Shown here in pieces: positions 23,690 through 38,851 of a stretch of DNA of 64,000 nucleotides. This stretch comes from the human T2T-CHM13v2.0 reference genome, Homo sapiens. The notes under the pieces were generated by a model. The model was not told where the DNA came from, searched no databases, and was given only the letters and a program-made list of their open reading frames with translations. Position 1 is the first letter of the stretch. Every line of letters begins with the position of its first letter. Position numbers and translations under genes: made by a program. The stretch is taken from NCBI RefSeq assembly GCF_009914755.1, contig NC_060937.1. The stretch is one strand, 5' to 3'.

Positions 23690-25210
23690 CCAATTTTGAT
23701 TATGAAAATTTTCAGATACAGCAAAGTTAAAGGAATTTTTAGGTGAGAATCCATATACTCACCACTTCCATGCTACCATTAACATTTAACTAAACTTTCT
23801 TTATCATGTCTATCCATTCTTCCAACCTTCTATCCAGCAATTAATTATCATTTGCTTTCAGTGCATTTGAAAGTAAATTGCAGACATTGGTAAAATTTCT
23901 ACTAAATATTGAAATATGCCTATCACAAATTAAAATTTAGCATTTACTTATATTCTTTTCCTGTAAAATTTATGTGAAATGAATTGCAAAAATTGAAAGT
24001 GTACGTTCTCTGAATTTCAGCACAATCTCACCTTTCTAACCCAATGTTCTACCAGGATACAGAAACTTAACATCACCCCAGAAAGTTCCTCAAGCCTTTC
24101 CCAGTGAGTCTTCAATCCACTTTCTAAGGGGCAAGCACTCCTGTGATTTTCTCCCTCCCCCATGATTATTTTTTTCTCTTCCAGAATCTTCTATCAATAC
24201 ACTGCTTGCTTTTGTGTGGTGCTTCTTTCACTGGGCATGAGGTCTTTGAGATTCATCCCTGTCATTGCCTGTATCAATAGTTCATTCCTTTTTATTGCTC
24301 TGTAGTATTCCATTGAATGAATATACTACAGATTTTTATTTTTATTATTATTTTTAAAATTTAATTTAATTTAATTTTAAGTTCTGGGATACAAGTGCAG
24401 AATGTGCAGGTTTGTTACATAGGTAAACATGTGCCGTGGTGGTTTGATGCACATATCAACCCAACACCTAGGTATTAAGCCCAGCATGCATTAGCTGTTG
24501 ATCGTGATGCTCTCCCTCCCTCCAACCCTGAATAGGCCCCAGTGTGTGTTGTTCCCCTCCCTGTGTCCACCTGTTCTCCTTGTTCAGCTCCCACTTATAA
24601 GTGAGAACGTGTGTTATTTGGTTTTCTGTTCTTGTGTTAGTTTGCTGAGGACCATGGCTTCCAGCTCCATCCATGTCCCTGCAAGGAACATGATCTCATT
24701 GCTTTCTGTGGGTGCATAGTATTACATGGTGTATATGTACCACATTTTCTTTATCCATTCTATCATTGATGGGCATTTGGGTTGATTCCATGTCTCTGCT
24801 ATTGTGAATAGTGCCACAATGAACATATGCGTGCATGTATCTTTATGATAGAATGATTTATATTCCTTTGGGCATATACCCCAGTAATGGGATTGCTGGG
24901 TCAAATGGTATTTCTGCCTCTAGGTCTTTGAGGAATCACCACACTGTCTTCCACAATGGTTGAACTAATTTACATTCCTAGCAACAGTGTAGAAGCGTTC
25001 CTATTTCTCCACAGCCTCACCAGCATCACTACAGATTTTTAAATCTGTTCTCCCATTCATGGACATGTGGGCTGTTTCCAATTTGGGGGCTATCATGAAT
25101 AAAGCTGCTATGAAAATTTGTTCAACTGTCTTCATAAACTGGTATTTTCATTTCTCTTTGGTAAATCCCTAGGAATTGACCTGCTAGATCACTGTCTAGG
25201 TATGTATTTA
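23690..25210 (-). mobile_element. Old L1M/L1ME fragments hosting an L1PA
   Basis: aacatcaccccagaaagttcc; tttattgctctgtagtattccattg; gaataaagctgctatgaa. Confidence 0.75.
24338..25027 (-). mobile_element. 5'-truncated older L1PA
   Basis: L1 3'UTR and ORF2 end in antisense; TSD actacagattttt at ~24325 and ~25028. Confidence 0.95.
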
Positions 25211-25679
25211 GTAGTTTTTCTTTCCTTAAGTACTTTGCAGATTTTAACATACTTGTTTCTCAAAATACAATTTGCAAGATGGATACTATTATCATCTTCA
25301 TTTTACCATTGAGAAAACAAAACTGTAGAAATTTTATAAACACACAGGTAATAAGTGATGAGGCCAAAGTTTCAACCCAATAAATTAAGTTCCAAAATCC
25401 ATGCTTTTAACACGTGATAGCCAAGTAGTGGAAAATCAATCTAGAGATACATCCAAAAGGCAGATCATTAAAAATCTTGTAAATTAGGTTAAGGAATTTA
25501 GACTGTCTTCCTAGGGGAGCCTCCTAAGTTACTCATGTTCCTGTTTGCTTTTGACGTTATCAGTGCAAGGGATTGAGAAACCTGATCATATCTGTGCTTT
25601 AGAAAGATGACCGCATTCCTAGTTTGTGGAGAAGGATAGAAAACATGAAGCTTAGTGGAGTTTTAATTACATTATAATT

Positions 25680-26120
25680 GAATAATTTATTCAGTTATTC
25701 AGCACATAATTACTGAGAACCTGCTATGTGGAAGAAAATGCTCCAGGAACTGGAAATCCAGCACTGAACAAAAAGACATCCGTCATGGAGCTTGCATTTT
25801 AGGGGGTAAGAAAAATAGTAAACAAGCAAACAAAATATATATAGCCTGCCAAGTGGTAACACATATTTGGAGAACAGTGAAATAGGTGAAGAGAAAGAGG
25901 AAGTGTTGCAAGGGACAGGAGCGGTTATGATTTTATTGAGTGACTGGGGAAAGCCTCTAGTAGGAGAGATTTGTGCAGCACCTGGGGACTGAAGGAGGGA
26001 GTTACGCAGATGCCTGGAGAGTGCTCCTGTGAAAGAGGAAATAGCATGTGCACTGGTCCTGGGGGAGATGGGCTTGGCATTCAAGGATCAGAGTGAGGAA
26101 GGGAGGGGAGGAGATGAAGT
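25680..26120 (-). mobile_element. L2 3' fragment
   Basis: ttattcagcacataattactgagaacctgctatgtg ... catggagcttgcattttag. Confidence 0.75.
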
Positions 26121-26355
26121 CACTCTCAATATGACCATTAACACAAAAACATGTTCCATTGTAGAATAGTTGTTGTTAACAACCATGGGTGGTTTTAACA
26201 GTTTTATCTATCATGGGGCTACTGTTTGGGGAGAGTAAGAAAAGATGCCTGGATAGTTATGTTGGTGTGAATGTGGCTTCCCCCTCTCCCTCTGGTGTTG
26301 TTAAGATGAAACGGTGAGTGGCGAAAGTAACAGAGAGCATATGACTTGCAAAATA

Positions 26356-26877
26356 CAGTCATGCATCACTTAATGACACGGATACATTCTGAGGAATGCA
26401 TCATTAGGTGATTTAGTCATTGTATGAACATGATAGAGTACTTACGCAAACCTAGTGATATAGCCTACTGCTCACATAGGCTATATGGTATGGCCTATTG
26501 CTCCTAGGCTTCAAACCTGTACAGCATGTTACTGTAAGAAATATTGTAGGTGGGGAACATCACACACCAGGGTCTGTCAAGGGGAAGGATAGCATTAGGA
26601 GATATACTTAATGTAAATGATGAGTTAATGGGTGCAGCAAACCAACATGGCACATGTATACATATGTAACAAACCTGCACTTTGTACACATGTACCCTAG
26701 AACTTAAAGTATAATAATAATAAAAAAAGAAAGAAATACTGTAGGTAATTGTAACACAGTGGTAAGTATTTGTATATCTAAACATAGAAAAGATATGTTT
26801 TTGTAATCTTGTTGAAACATTGCTGTCTTATAGGCGGTTCATCATTGACTGAAGCATCCTTACACAGTACATGATGG
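26356..26877 (+). mobile_element. Tigger3a/MER7-like element with nested L1
   Basis: TA|CAGTCATGCATCACTTAATGAC..GGATACATTCTGAG terminal repeat; degenerate right end followed by TA. Confidence 0.88.
26552..26730 (+). mobile_element. Short L1PA 3' end
   Basis: ggatagcattaggagatatac..gtaccctagaacttaaagtataata; 16-bp TSD aagaaata(t/c)tgtaggt. Confidence 0.95.
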
Positions 26878-27182
26878 TATCTATGTATTTATGAATTTCC
26901 TATCATTTATTAGCAATATATCATATTCCAGGTATAGTCTTAGTTCTTTGCTCTTTTTGAGGGCAGTCTGTGCTTCCAGGACTAATCTACTGAAATAAAG
27001 CCCCCTCATGCTGACCATTTTGGCATGTTTTTCCAGTGCGGTACTTACAATTGCAAACACACATTTGTTGGCTCGTGGGTTGGTTGGGTGCTTCACCTTC
27101 TTCATTTCTGGTTACAAACATAACTACATGTACTTCTTGAATAAATGGAGAAAAAATCCTCACCAGGAACTGGTCTTTTCAG

Positions 27183-27399
27183 GTCCTCTGTCTTATCAAA
27201 TCTCTCTTCAGTATGTGCATCGACTTTGTCTTGTGACATTATATCCTGGAAAGAACTTTCTGGGAGCAATCTTCAGGTTGATATTTACAAGGGTTTTTAT
27301 TTTGGAGATTAACTACGCTATTCACTTTGATATACTGCAACTCATCCTGTGATCTAACGTCAGGAGCACATTTCAGGAGAAGATAGCACACCGAGAAAG
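27183..27399 (+). pseudogene. Myosin pseudo-exon: pre-DIL helix and DIL domain N-terminus
   Basis: SSVLSNLSSVCASTL, a frameshift, then AIFRLIFTRVFILEINYAIHFDILQLIL*SNVRSTF (cf. myosin XI [30 protein letters not shown]). Confidence 0.75.
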
Positions 27400-28287
27400 G
27401 TGATCCTTTCAAAGGAAACATACCCTAGCACCAGAATAGCACTAACCATGCCTTTATCCATTTCAAAGCCTCAGACTAAGTCAGAGCAAATATTTGGTTA
27501 TATCATACGATATTGCAATTTTTACAGGAAATATATTTAAGTCATTTCATTTCCCCCCTTTTTCTTCACATTCTGCCTTTTTTCTTTTTTCTCTGATTTT
27601 ATGGAGGTATAATTGCTATTAAAAACTGCACATAATGTATACAATTTGGGGAGTTTGGACATATGTATACACTGGTGCTAACATCTAATCCAGCAATTCC
27701 ACGTTCCGCTTTTTCTATTGAAGTAAACTTTAGGCGTGATTTCTGTTCTCTAAGTTATTAGATTTTAAAATCTAATAAAATAAAAAATATTCTAGTCTCC
27801 ATAGCTAAGGTATAGGGGATGCCTCCTGAGGGTCAGTTTATCAATGTAATTGTAGGTTTAATGTTTTCATGTGCTCTGTACTGCGCAGCTAGATGGTGAA
27901 AAGAATTTCGGGGGAAAACTAGAGTCCAGATTAAACAGTTGAATCCTGTCAGTCTATGGTTGAGTGAGGTGATCCCGATATGTAGTCGCTTTCGGTGTGA
28001 CTCGTTTCAGAAAGGAAACAGTATTGTTGTTCTCTGTTTTTTGCACTGAAAATATTTGCAATACATCTTCTGTAATTATTGCTTCTTCATACTAACTGAT
28101 CTACAGAACATTTCCACTGGAAACCTGTTTTCACTCATATTTCATTTTGAGCTCAAATGATTCCTCGCACTCCTGCAGTTTTCCTCAAGCTCTTTTTCTC
28201 ATCTGCGTTGACATCTACCTTTCCACTGGAGGCGATGGCTTGAAACACCGCCATCTGTTTTTGTCAGTGAAAGAACGCACATCTCAG

Positions 28288-28410
28288 GTGTATGAGGCAA
28301 CGATGCTGAGGCTCAGACACTCTTGCAGCCTAGACGCATGGATACATTCCCAGGTGCAGGACCGTGGAGTGTGGCAGACTGTTGTCCTCGAAAAGTGTCA
28401 CTCCAGCAGT
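28288..28410 (+). pseudogene. Myosin pseudo-exon: DIL core
   Basis: MLRLRHSCSLDAWIHSQVQDRGVWQTVVLEK (cf. [30 protein letters not shown]). Confidence 0.65.
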
Positions 28411-28653
28411 AGGTTAGGGGTGGAGAAGAGGCGAATCAGTGGCTGTCAGATGTTTTTTCTTCCATTCTCTTCTGGAAAGCTGTGACTACCCCCAGAGAAG
28501 TTAGCTAACTGCTGCACTGTCTCCCAGGGTGCCTTTTGCCTTCACACGGAATGTCCAGGGTATGAGGGTCATGATTTAGTGAGCGCAATAACTCAGCATC
28601 TCTCTGTGCTGCCCGAGGAAACTACTGAGACGGAACATAAAATGTTGACATGA

Positions 28654-29119
<466 letters not shown>

Positions 29120-29225
29120 GTATCCTATGTTTTTAAAGTCCCCTTTTTTTCAGTAATCAACACAGAGCAGAGGTCAGGAAATAATATGTGTTTAATTTTC
29201 TTGCTAATTTTCTTCCTGTTTTCAG

Positions 29226-29296
29226 GGAGAAATATGTGCTTGTGCAGACATAGCTCACCCAGATTACTGCAGGGCACTAGTTACATGAGAAGCAAG
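29226..29296 (+). pseudogene. Myosin pseudo-exon: DIL C-terminus
   Basis: gctaattttcttcctgttttcag|; GEICACADI, +1 nt, LTQI (cf. AICSMCNALTTAQI). Confidence 0.62.
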
Positions 29297-30032
29297 GTGA
29301 ACACCATCTAGTTTCTTGTACACTATTTTTCTTTCCATAGAACTCTTGCATTTATGTGAAAAAAAACACAAAAATTCCATCTTATGAAATGAAAGAAATT
29401 AACTTCAAAGTCTAAATTTTAATTTTTCTAGAGATTTAAAAGTTTGAATTTCACCCATTGCAAGGTCTTATTTCTGATGTCAACATAGTAGACTTGAACG
29501 TGATGTGGATGCAGAGAAGATCTTTTTTTCTGACATTTTAAACACCACATGAATTTAATTTCAATTAAAAAACTAATGACAATGTTTAGAAATAAGAATA
29601 ATTTATGTCCCTTCCTTTTTTATTCCTAGATTTTATATTTTATTTACCACTCTACATTTTGACTAGAGTGTATTAAAACAGTCATTGAAAAAATAAATGG
29701 GCAGTTCTCCCATTTAACATCTTATTTGTAATCACTATACAGTAGGCTATATCATATCCTGTGTTTAGTTACATTCTTTAAACTCATCTTTTTTTCCCCT
29801 CATTTTTTAGATTTTTTTTTCCCCCTGAAACTGTAGCCTGCCTTGTAGGCTGATCTGATTCTTTCCTTTTCATTCATCTGCTTATTTTAGCCTCATTGCT
29901 CTTTTCCTCAGCACACATGGGGTATAACGTCCCACTCCTCTGCCATTAATCATTAAACAAATACCTTGGGGAAAAACTAGAATAAATGGTGGGAAAATGA
30001 ATTTAGTTCTGGAGTTGTCTTCTTCATGTTTC

Positions 30033-30219
30033 TTTTTTCTTTTCTTTTCTTTTCCTTTTTTTTTTTAGGACAGAGTCTCGCTCTGTCGCCCAGGCTGGAG
30101 TGCAGTGGCGGATCTCGGCTCACGGCAACCTCCGCCTCCCAGGTTCACGCTATTCTCCTGCCTCAGCCTCCCAAGTAGCTGGGACTACCGGTGCCTGCCA
30201 CCACGCCTGGCTAATTTTT

Positions 30220-30250
<31 letters not shown>

Positions 30251-30367
30251 GTAGAGAAGGGGTTTCACCGTGTTGCCCAGGGTGGTCTCGATCTCCTGAC
30301 CTCGTGATCCACCAGCCTCGGCCTCCCAAAATGCTGGGATTACAGGTGTGAGCCACCGCGCCCGGCC
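30033..30367 (-). mobile_element. AluSc/Y-like
   Basis: tctcgatctcctgacctcgtgatcc and ggttcacgc diagnostics; TSD tcttcttcatgttt. Confidence 0.95.
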
Positions 30368-30984
30368 TCTTCTTCATGTTTTAAGTGAACTTCAGTAAAA
30401 CTAGTTAGTTTCTCTGTTGTGTGTATGAAGATATTTTGCTTTGTATTGTAGAGAGCTGCATATGCTGCCAGCTTCTCTGTGAGAGGTCAGAGCTTTAAAA
30501 CCACACTGAATGAATCTAATACCAATGTATTGAATTGAAATAGGTATCATTTATTAAATGTAAATGCATATTGCTCAACTTTTATGTTTTCCAGTGTTCA
30601 TGTTTATTGAGAATATTTCATAGAATGTTAATCAGCTCTAACTTTGCTTCTGACTCATGCAAACAAGTACCTACCAAAATATCCAATTATTCAGTAATCC
30701 ACAATGACTGTCTCAAAAGAAATACTGCACAGTCACATAAAAATGTGTGTGAAAGTGCTTTGGAAATTGTAAAGCACAATATTTAAATTAGTTGGTATTA
30801 CAGAGAATTTTAAGTATTGACCTCAAAAACCATACCCACCTCACCCACTTCTCCAGCTATGGAAATCACTTTATTTCATGCATTTTTACTGGCCATTTAT
30901 CTTCTTTTATGGATAAGCATACTTTCTTAGTGCTTGTGAGACCAGGTCACTGGCCAGGTAAACAGGCACTTGACTTTTCCTGGA

Positions 30985-32858
30985 TACCTGCTCCAGTTGG
31001 CCAGCTGGTGAAAGTGTTGTTGAAGTACAAAATGTACCCAAGGAACTGTCAGATCTAGCTAATAACATTTCCAAACAGACTGCTGAAGGCATCACATAGT
31101 TTTTACTTGCTGCTTATAGTAAGATGGAAAAGAAGAGATACAAACTAAAGGAAGGTCTATGAAGCATAAGAGAGATGAAAATTGCTACTTTAAAAAATAC
31201 TAGACCTCCTAGATAGTAAAATGATGCTAAAGTTAAAAATGGCTCCAGGACAAAGATCAAATCTAGACTGCTGTCAACAAAACATGCTAAGAAGAAGCAG
31301 TTGAGGGTGTGGCTGTAAACCTTTTGTTAAGATCTTGGAAATATCTATCGTGTACCTCAGACAACCATTCAAACAGTGACGCTTCTGAGAAGCTTAAAAA
31401 GTGTTGTCCCTCCTATCATTAAAAAGTCAGGAAACAACAGGTGCTGGAGAGGATGTGGAGAAATAGGAACACTTTTACACTGTTGGTGGGACTGTAAACT
31501 AGTTCAACCATTGTGGAAGACAGTGTGGCAATTCCTCAAGGATCTAGAACTAGAAATACCATTTGACCCAGCGATCCCATTACAAGTTATATACCCAAAG
31601 GATTATAAATCATGCTACTATAAAGACACATGCACACATATGTTTATTGAGGCACCATTCACAATAGCAAAGACTTGGAACTAACCCAAATGTCCATCAA
31701 TGATAGACTGGATTAAGAAAATGTGGCACATATACACCATGGAATACTATGCAGCCATGAAAAAGGATGAGTTCATGTCCTTTGTAGGGACATGGATGAA
31801 GCTGGAAACCATTCTGAGCAAACTATCGCAAGGACAGAAAACCAAACACCGCATGTTCTCACTCATAAGTAGGAATTGAACAATGAGAACACTTGGACAC
31901 AGGGCTAGGACATCACATACTGGGGCCTATTGTGGGGTGGGGGGAGGGGGGAGGGATAGCATTAGGAGAAATACCTAATGAAAATGACAAATTAACGGGT
32001 GCAGCACACCAACATGGCACATGTATACATACGTAACAAACCTGCACGTTGTGCACATGTACCCTAGAACTTAAAGTATAATAAAAAATAAATAAATAAA
32101 TAAATAAAAATTAAAAGAAAAAAGTGCTGTCCCTCACCACTTGCAGTAGAAGCCCACGATAGAGAAGGGCTAATTCCACATTTGTGTGTGTGGCTTTTTC
32201 TAAGGGAGTGAATACCAACAGGAATCATAGGAGACTCACAAAGTTTTTAAGATAATTTTATTAAGAAAAACATTATTTGCTTGAACTGCAAGGGACAGAA
32301 ACAGTACAATTTAAAAAGAAGGCTTTGAAATCCAAAATTTCTAAAGGTAAGAAGCAGGCTAAGAATACTATTCTGCTAAAAACACAAGCTGTATTCCATG
32401 GAAAAGAAGAAATGACTCAGGGGAAAACCAAGAACTTAGAGGACAGAGCCAAAAGTTATGAAGAATTATTCTCAGGCCTTGACTCCTGATCAAAGAAATG
32501 CTAATATGTGCCTTGCTAGATTTCATAATTGCTATGGACCACTGATTCCTGAGTGTCTCCTGCTCTACCCATTTTTGAAAGTATTTACATGGGTTATCTC
32601 AGGCTTGTCTCACCATTACATACAGGTGTATAAGACAGACAATTTCTCTCTAGTTGACAAGTCTTCAGTTAGGAAGGAGCTGTACTCAAGAAACCACATT
32701 TAAGGACTTTCACTTAAAGCAGGATTTGATTTAGATACCCAAATCCTTGAACTTGAGTCTGAGCTGTAATAAGTAAGATTTGGGGGGGAGTTTTGAAGGA
32801 AATATGTATATTTGGCATGCAAGAGGAAGGTTAATAATTTGTAGCCAGAGGGTGAACT
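30985..32858 (+). mobile_element. MaLR internal sequence (MLT1F-int-like)
   Basis: gatctagctaataacatttccaaacag..tttttacttgctgcttatagtaagatg; ends with PPT-like agccagagggtgaac directly before the LTR. Confidence 0.7.
31413..32118 (+). mobile_element. 5'-truncated L1PA (about PA5)
   Basis: [35 protein letters not shown]; 3'UTR; 17-bp TSD aaaaagtg(t/c)tgtccctc. Confidence 0.97.
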
Positions 32859-34099
32859 CTGGTGGTCTTACAGTAGGTCCAAAAATTCTTTGATGTTCTT
32901 CTTTTCAAAAGGTAGAGCCTAAATCCCCTCAGCTAAAATATGTCTCAGACTTAGAAACTTATTTTTAATGAATAGAATTTCATAGAAGTAACAATGTGTA
33001 TCTTTTGACACTAGGTTATCGTATTAGGCTTCTCCAGAAAAACAGGACCAATAGGAGATATATATGTGCGTGTGTTCATAGACATAGGTGCCTATATATA
33101 GAATTATATCATATGTATGTATATATAAAAAATCTCTTCTGGAAACACGGTCGCAGATAGACCCAGAAGTAATGTTTTGCCAGCTACCTGAGCATCCCTT
33201 AACCCAGTCAAGCTGACACATAAAATTAACCATCACATATCCACCCCTTGCCAACTTTGCACCCAAACACGTCGCCTTAGTTTATCAAATAATAAACTCA
33301 ACCTCCAAATAAAGACAATAATGTCACAATTCTACCTAACACGATGCAATTACCCTGTGTATAACTGAAAATACACAATTATCCCTCCCTTAAAAGAGAA
33401 AGTAAAGTCCTTGAGAGATGTGTACTCTTCTCGTGATATTCTGTAACTTAAATACTACGATGTAGAATTAACGATACTTAAATATTGTTATAAAGTCAAT
33501 ATATCTAACATTATATAAGGGCATAAGAGATAAAAAACAAAGATATTTGCTTAATATATGCATATATATATATATACATAGGCATATTTATAACAATAAA
33601 GGAAGAAATTCTCATGAAAATTACAGTTCTTAAGTCTGTAACTGGTCATGTGCTCACAGCTCATGTTGATAACTACCTTCTTCTATTTAATACTACCCAG
33701 TCTATATTCTCTTTGCTTTCAGCAAGCACCTCGGCTGGTTTTTACCTGATGGGGTGACTCCAGTTGTTATTCCCAGGGCATCTGGGCTATTAGTTGGTAT
33801 GCCTGATTGGGTTGTTTTAATTTTCCATCGACCTTAATCAGAAGACGTGGTAGTACTAAGAGATTTCCTAAGGAATCTCCTGTATCCCAGACACACTCTT
33901 CTTTACCTCAATTGTGGAACAGCAGTCACCTTTCCCTTTGGCAGTCTGGATCAATCACCCCAACCAGCATTATAACTTCCTCCTTGGCCTGTTGACTCAG
34001 AAGCATAAGGATCCCAGCGTGGCCTGGGCTCTTCTAATCCAATAGCATCATTGTTTGCCTCCTGGTGGAAGCGTTCCTCCCTGTGGAATTCAGATGTCT

Positions 34100-34406
<307 letters not shown>

Positions 34407-37400
34407 CTAGGCCAACAAGGCATAAATTCACAGGAACTGGGGCAAAAATTTGCTAGTGGGTCACTAGTGGGGAACAGTGAGTGGAACCACACCCACTTCC
34501 ATCCCTTGATTCCTGGACCCGTGAATCCTAGCTATCAGAGAAACGGCACCACATATTAAACACTGGCTCAGAGTATATATAGCCTCTGGAGAACATTGTC
34601 CCAGCCCTAAAAGATATTACCACCTGGCTGGCACTGTAACTGATTCTTCGGAAGGCCATTCTGCCATTCTATCAAGCCAGCGACTTCAAGATAGTGAGAA
34701 ACGTACTATAACCAGCGAATTCCGTGAGCATGGGCCCATTGCTGCACTTCTTTGCTATGAAGTGAGTTCCTTGATTAGAAGCCATGTTGTGTGTAATGCC
34801 ACAATGCTGAATAATAAGGCATTCTGTAAATCCATGGATGGTAGTTTTAGCAGAAACATCACATACGGTAAAGGCAAATTTATATCTACAGTGAACATCT
34901 TTTCTAGTAAGGACAAAATGCTGCTTCTTCCATGATGGAAGTGCTCCAATGTAATCAGCCGGCCACCAGGTAGCTGGCTGATTACCCTGAGGAAAGGTGC
35001 TGTTTGGGGGCTCAGTGTTGGTCTCTTCTGCTAGCAAAGATCACCCAGCAGTGGCCACAGTTGGGTCAGCCTTGGAGAGTGGAAGTACACAGTGCTGAGC
35101 CCTGGCATAGCTCATCTCCACTGCCACGGCCATTTTCCTCATGAACCTATCAGGCAATAACAGAGGTGGGAAAGGGGCTGACTGATATACACAGAAAAGG
35201 TCATCCTATCCACTTTATTAAAATCCTTCTCTAGTGAGGTTACTGTTTGATGAACATTCACGTGGGACACAAATAGTTTCACATTTTTTGCCTTTTAAGA
35301 GAGATGTCTCCATACACCTCTTCCCCATATTTACTTGACATCAGTTTTCCAATCATCCTTCTTTGAAGTCTCTGACCATTCTGTCAAAACACCAGCCACA
35401 GCCCATTAATACCCACTTCACAGGCTGTAGCCATTGCATCTAGGATCCACTGGTCATTTTTCACATCTGGCCATTTATCCTCCCAAGCGAAGTTCACAAC
35501 CAAGCACACTTGCCAAAGTTGTGCCCGCTGGGAGGATTTTCCTCACTGCTGTCTTTCAGGGATGTCCTGGAGAGTGGCTGAGTGCTACAGTTATCCACTT
35601 CTGGGTGGTGCCTGCATATTGACTGTCTGTCAACCAGGTCTGAATTTGCCTTCCTCTTTCAACTGATTGTAGGGAACTCCCCATGAGGCCATATATGCAG
35701 ACTGGGAGAGAAAGGGCAGTGTAGCAAGAGTGGGACCATGGGCATTCGAACTACTTATTCATGTAAATTGCTTGTGCCTTCAAGTTATGTTTGGGTCTGA
35801 TCATGTGTACACCACTTCCATCTGATGATATAATGTTGCTATGCATGTCCAACTTTATGGTTTGATAGGTCAGATAACATCTAGTTCATGGAAAGCAGCT
35901 CATGTTACATGTTAACTTGATGGACTGTGGTCAAGTGTTCCAATTCTACTATGGCCAAGTAGCAGGCCAAAAGCTCTCTCTGGAAAAGAAAGTAGTTATC
36001 TGCTGATGATGGCAAGGCCTTCCTCCAAAATGCTTAAGTCCTGCACTGCTCCAAACAGCATCCCTATCTGCCACTGACATTTCAAGCACCATTGGATCTG
36101 CTGGATCATGGGATCCAAATGGCAGAGCAGCTTGCACAGCAGCCTGGACTCATCACAGAGCCTTCTTTTGTTCTGGGCTCTGCTCAAAACTAGCAGCTTT
36201 TTGGGTCACTTGGTAAATGGATGAGAGACACACCCAAATGAGTAATACATTACCTCTAAAGTCCAAATAAGCCTTTTAGACATTGTGCTTCTTTCTGGGT
36301 TGTAGGAGGGGCCAGATTCAACAACTTATCCTTCACTTTAGAAGGGTATTTTGACATGCCGCATACCACAGGACGCCTAAAAATTTTACTGAGGTAAAAC
36401 ATTCCTGAATTATCATTGGCTTTTTCCCCACTTTCTGATACTCAAATGTCTTACCTATAAGTCTAAAGTAGTTGCTACTTCTCACTCACAAGGTGCAATA
36501 GGCATAATGTTATCAATGTAATAGACCAGCGTGAATGCTTGTGGAAGGGATAGGCAGTCAAGATCTCTGAATTCAATTATGACCTAGGACTGGAAAGGTG
36601 ATGCATTCCTAAGGTAGGATCATGAAGGAGTATTGCTGGCCTTGTCAGCTGAAAGTAAACTGTTCTGATGGACCTTATGGACAAAGATGGGAAAAAAGGC
36701 ATTTGCCAAATCAATAGCTACATACCAGATACCAGAGGATATGTTAATTTGCTCATGCAATGAAATCACATCCGATACAACAGTTGTTATAGGAGTCACC
36801 ACTTGGGTAAGCATGTAGAAATTCACTGTCTTCTGCATAGGACAAATAGGAGAGCTACATGGAGACGAGATGGGAATCACCACCCTTGCATTTTTTAAGT
36901 CTAAGTCCTTGATGGTGGCACTAATCTCTGCAATCCCTCCAGGGTACTGTTTTTTATTTGCTCTTTTTCTAGGTAGAGGCAGTCATAATAACTTTCACTT
37001 GGCCATTCCCACCATAATATCCCTAAGTCAACAGGTCAGAGAATCAATGTGGGGATTCTGCCAGCTTCTGATTATGTCTATTCCAATGATCAATTCTGGA
37101 ACTGGGGAAATAATGATTCGATGGGCTCAGGGATCCACTAGACCCACCATGAAATGAATCTGAGCTAAAAGTAACTGATCACCATCAGCCCCTACTCTGA
37201 CTGGAGGGCCACAGTGATGTTTTGGGCTCTTCTGAAATCAGTAGCTGTTCAGAGCCAGTGTCTAGAAGTCCCCCAGAGTTCTGACTTTTTCCTTTTTCCC
37301 ACACACAGTTACCTTTTCAAAAGGCTGGAGGTTTCTGTGGGGAAGGCTGGGATAAAGATTTACAGTATAAATATTTGATACGGCACTAGGGCTCTTCCTC

Positions 37401-38539
37401 AAGGGACCTAGCCTTCGCTTTATTAAAGTGGTTCTGGGTCTGCAAACTGGCTCAATTCTGAGAATTGATGGAGGGGCTGTGACTCTGTTTTTGTGATTTG
37501 AGTTAGGCTTTTGTTCAGTTGATCTAGAATTTTTCTCCTTATACAGGTCAACTAAAATTTGGGTATGATTTCCGTCTATTTCACCTCTAGCATCACCATG
37601 ATGAACTAACCAACACCACACATTTGCACAGGTCTGACTGCTCTGTTTGCTGCTTTAACTTTGATGTCCATTATGGTAGCCACTGCCCACCTTGGCACTG
37701 GCAATTGAGTCTTCCCCTTAGCCTCTGCCCTCCTAGGTTCCAATTACTCCCATTGCATTTACATTTTCTAATCAAGGGCTGTAGCTCCCACTGTCAGGTT
37801 TGGCCTATAGAGAACATGCTGGGGCTCCCCTCACAAATTTAATTCTCAAAGAATTGGTGAAAGTATGGTTCTCTGGACCCTCCCTGGGGGGGTAACTCTC
37901 AAATGACAAATCCACTCTACATTCCAATATCCCTAGATCTTTGAATCCCTTCATCTATATTAAACCAAGAGAGGTTGCATGTTTGCAATGTGTTCATTGT
38001 GGGTTATATTTTATTCCATGTTCCAACCAGCCAAACTCTAAGAGCTCTTTCTAACTCCTTGATTTGCAACATTTAATGCAAAATGTCTGCTTAGTGGATA
38101 CATATTAATAAATTTGACCTGATCCAAATGTATGTTCCTCCCAATACTATTCCACTCTATTAATATCCATTTTCATACACGTCCCATAAATTTCTACTTA
38201 TAAAAATTAGAAAATTCAAGTAAGTTCTTTTGGAGTGTAGTACACCTTCCCATGCATCACACTTTTCGCCTCACCTTTAGGGGTCTTCTGGGACTTGAGC
38301 CTGGTTATATGTCTAGAAGAAAAGAGGGGTGATGAGGGTAGGTCGTGAAGAGCATCAGTACTGTCTTGCAGGGCAACTGCCTCAGGGGAGGACATTACCA
38401 TTTCCTCAAGCAATACAAAATTAATATCCTCAAAGGGAGGTGGAAAGGCCAGTCCTTTGTGAATGGAGAAGGCTCTACCACTGTGAGCAGGGAGACCTCT
38501 TCCACTGGCAAAGAAGACTCATCAGAATTTAGGGGCTCA

Positions 38540-38851
<312 letters not shown>

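Noticed and set aside
28145-28256. Minus-strand mini-ORF MAVFQAIASSGKVDVNADEKKSLRKTAGVRGII*
   Set aside because: 33 codons, no recognisable homology, weak acceptor, no linked exons
34672-37621. ERV-L pol/gag ORFs as a domesticated gene
   Set aside because: Fragmented by stops and frameshifts; RT YIDD reads YIDN and integrase SDQG reads SNQG
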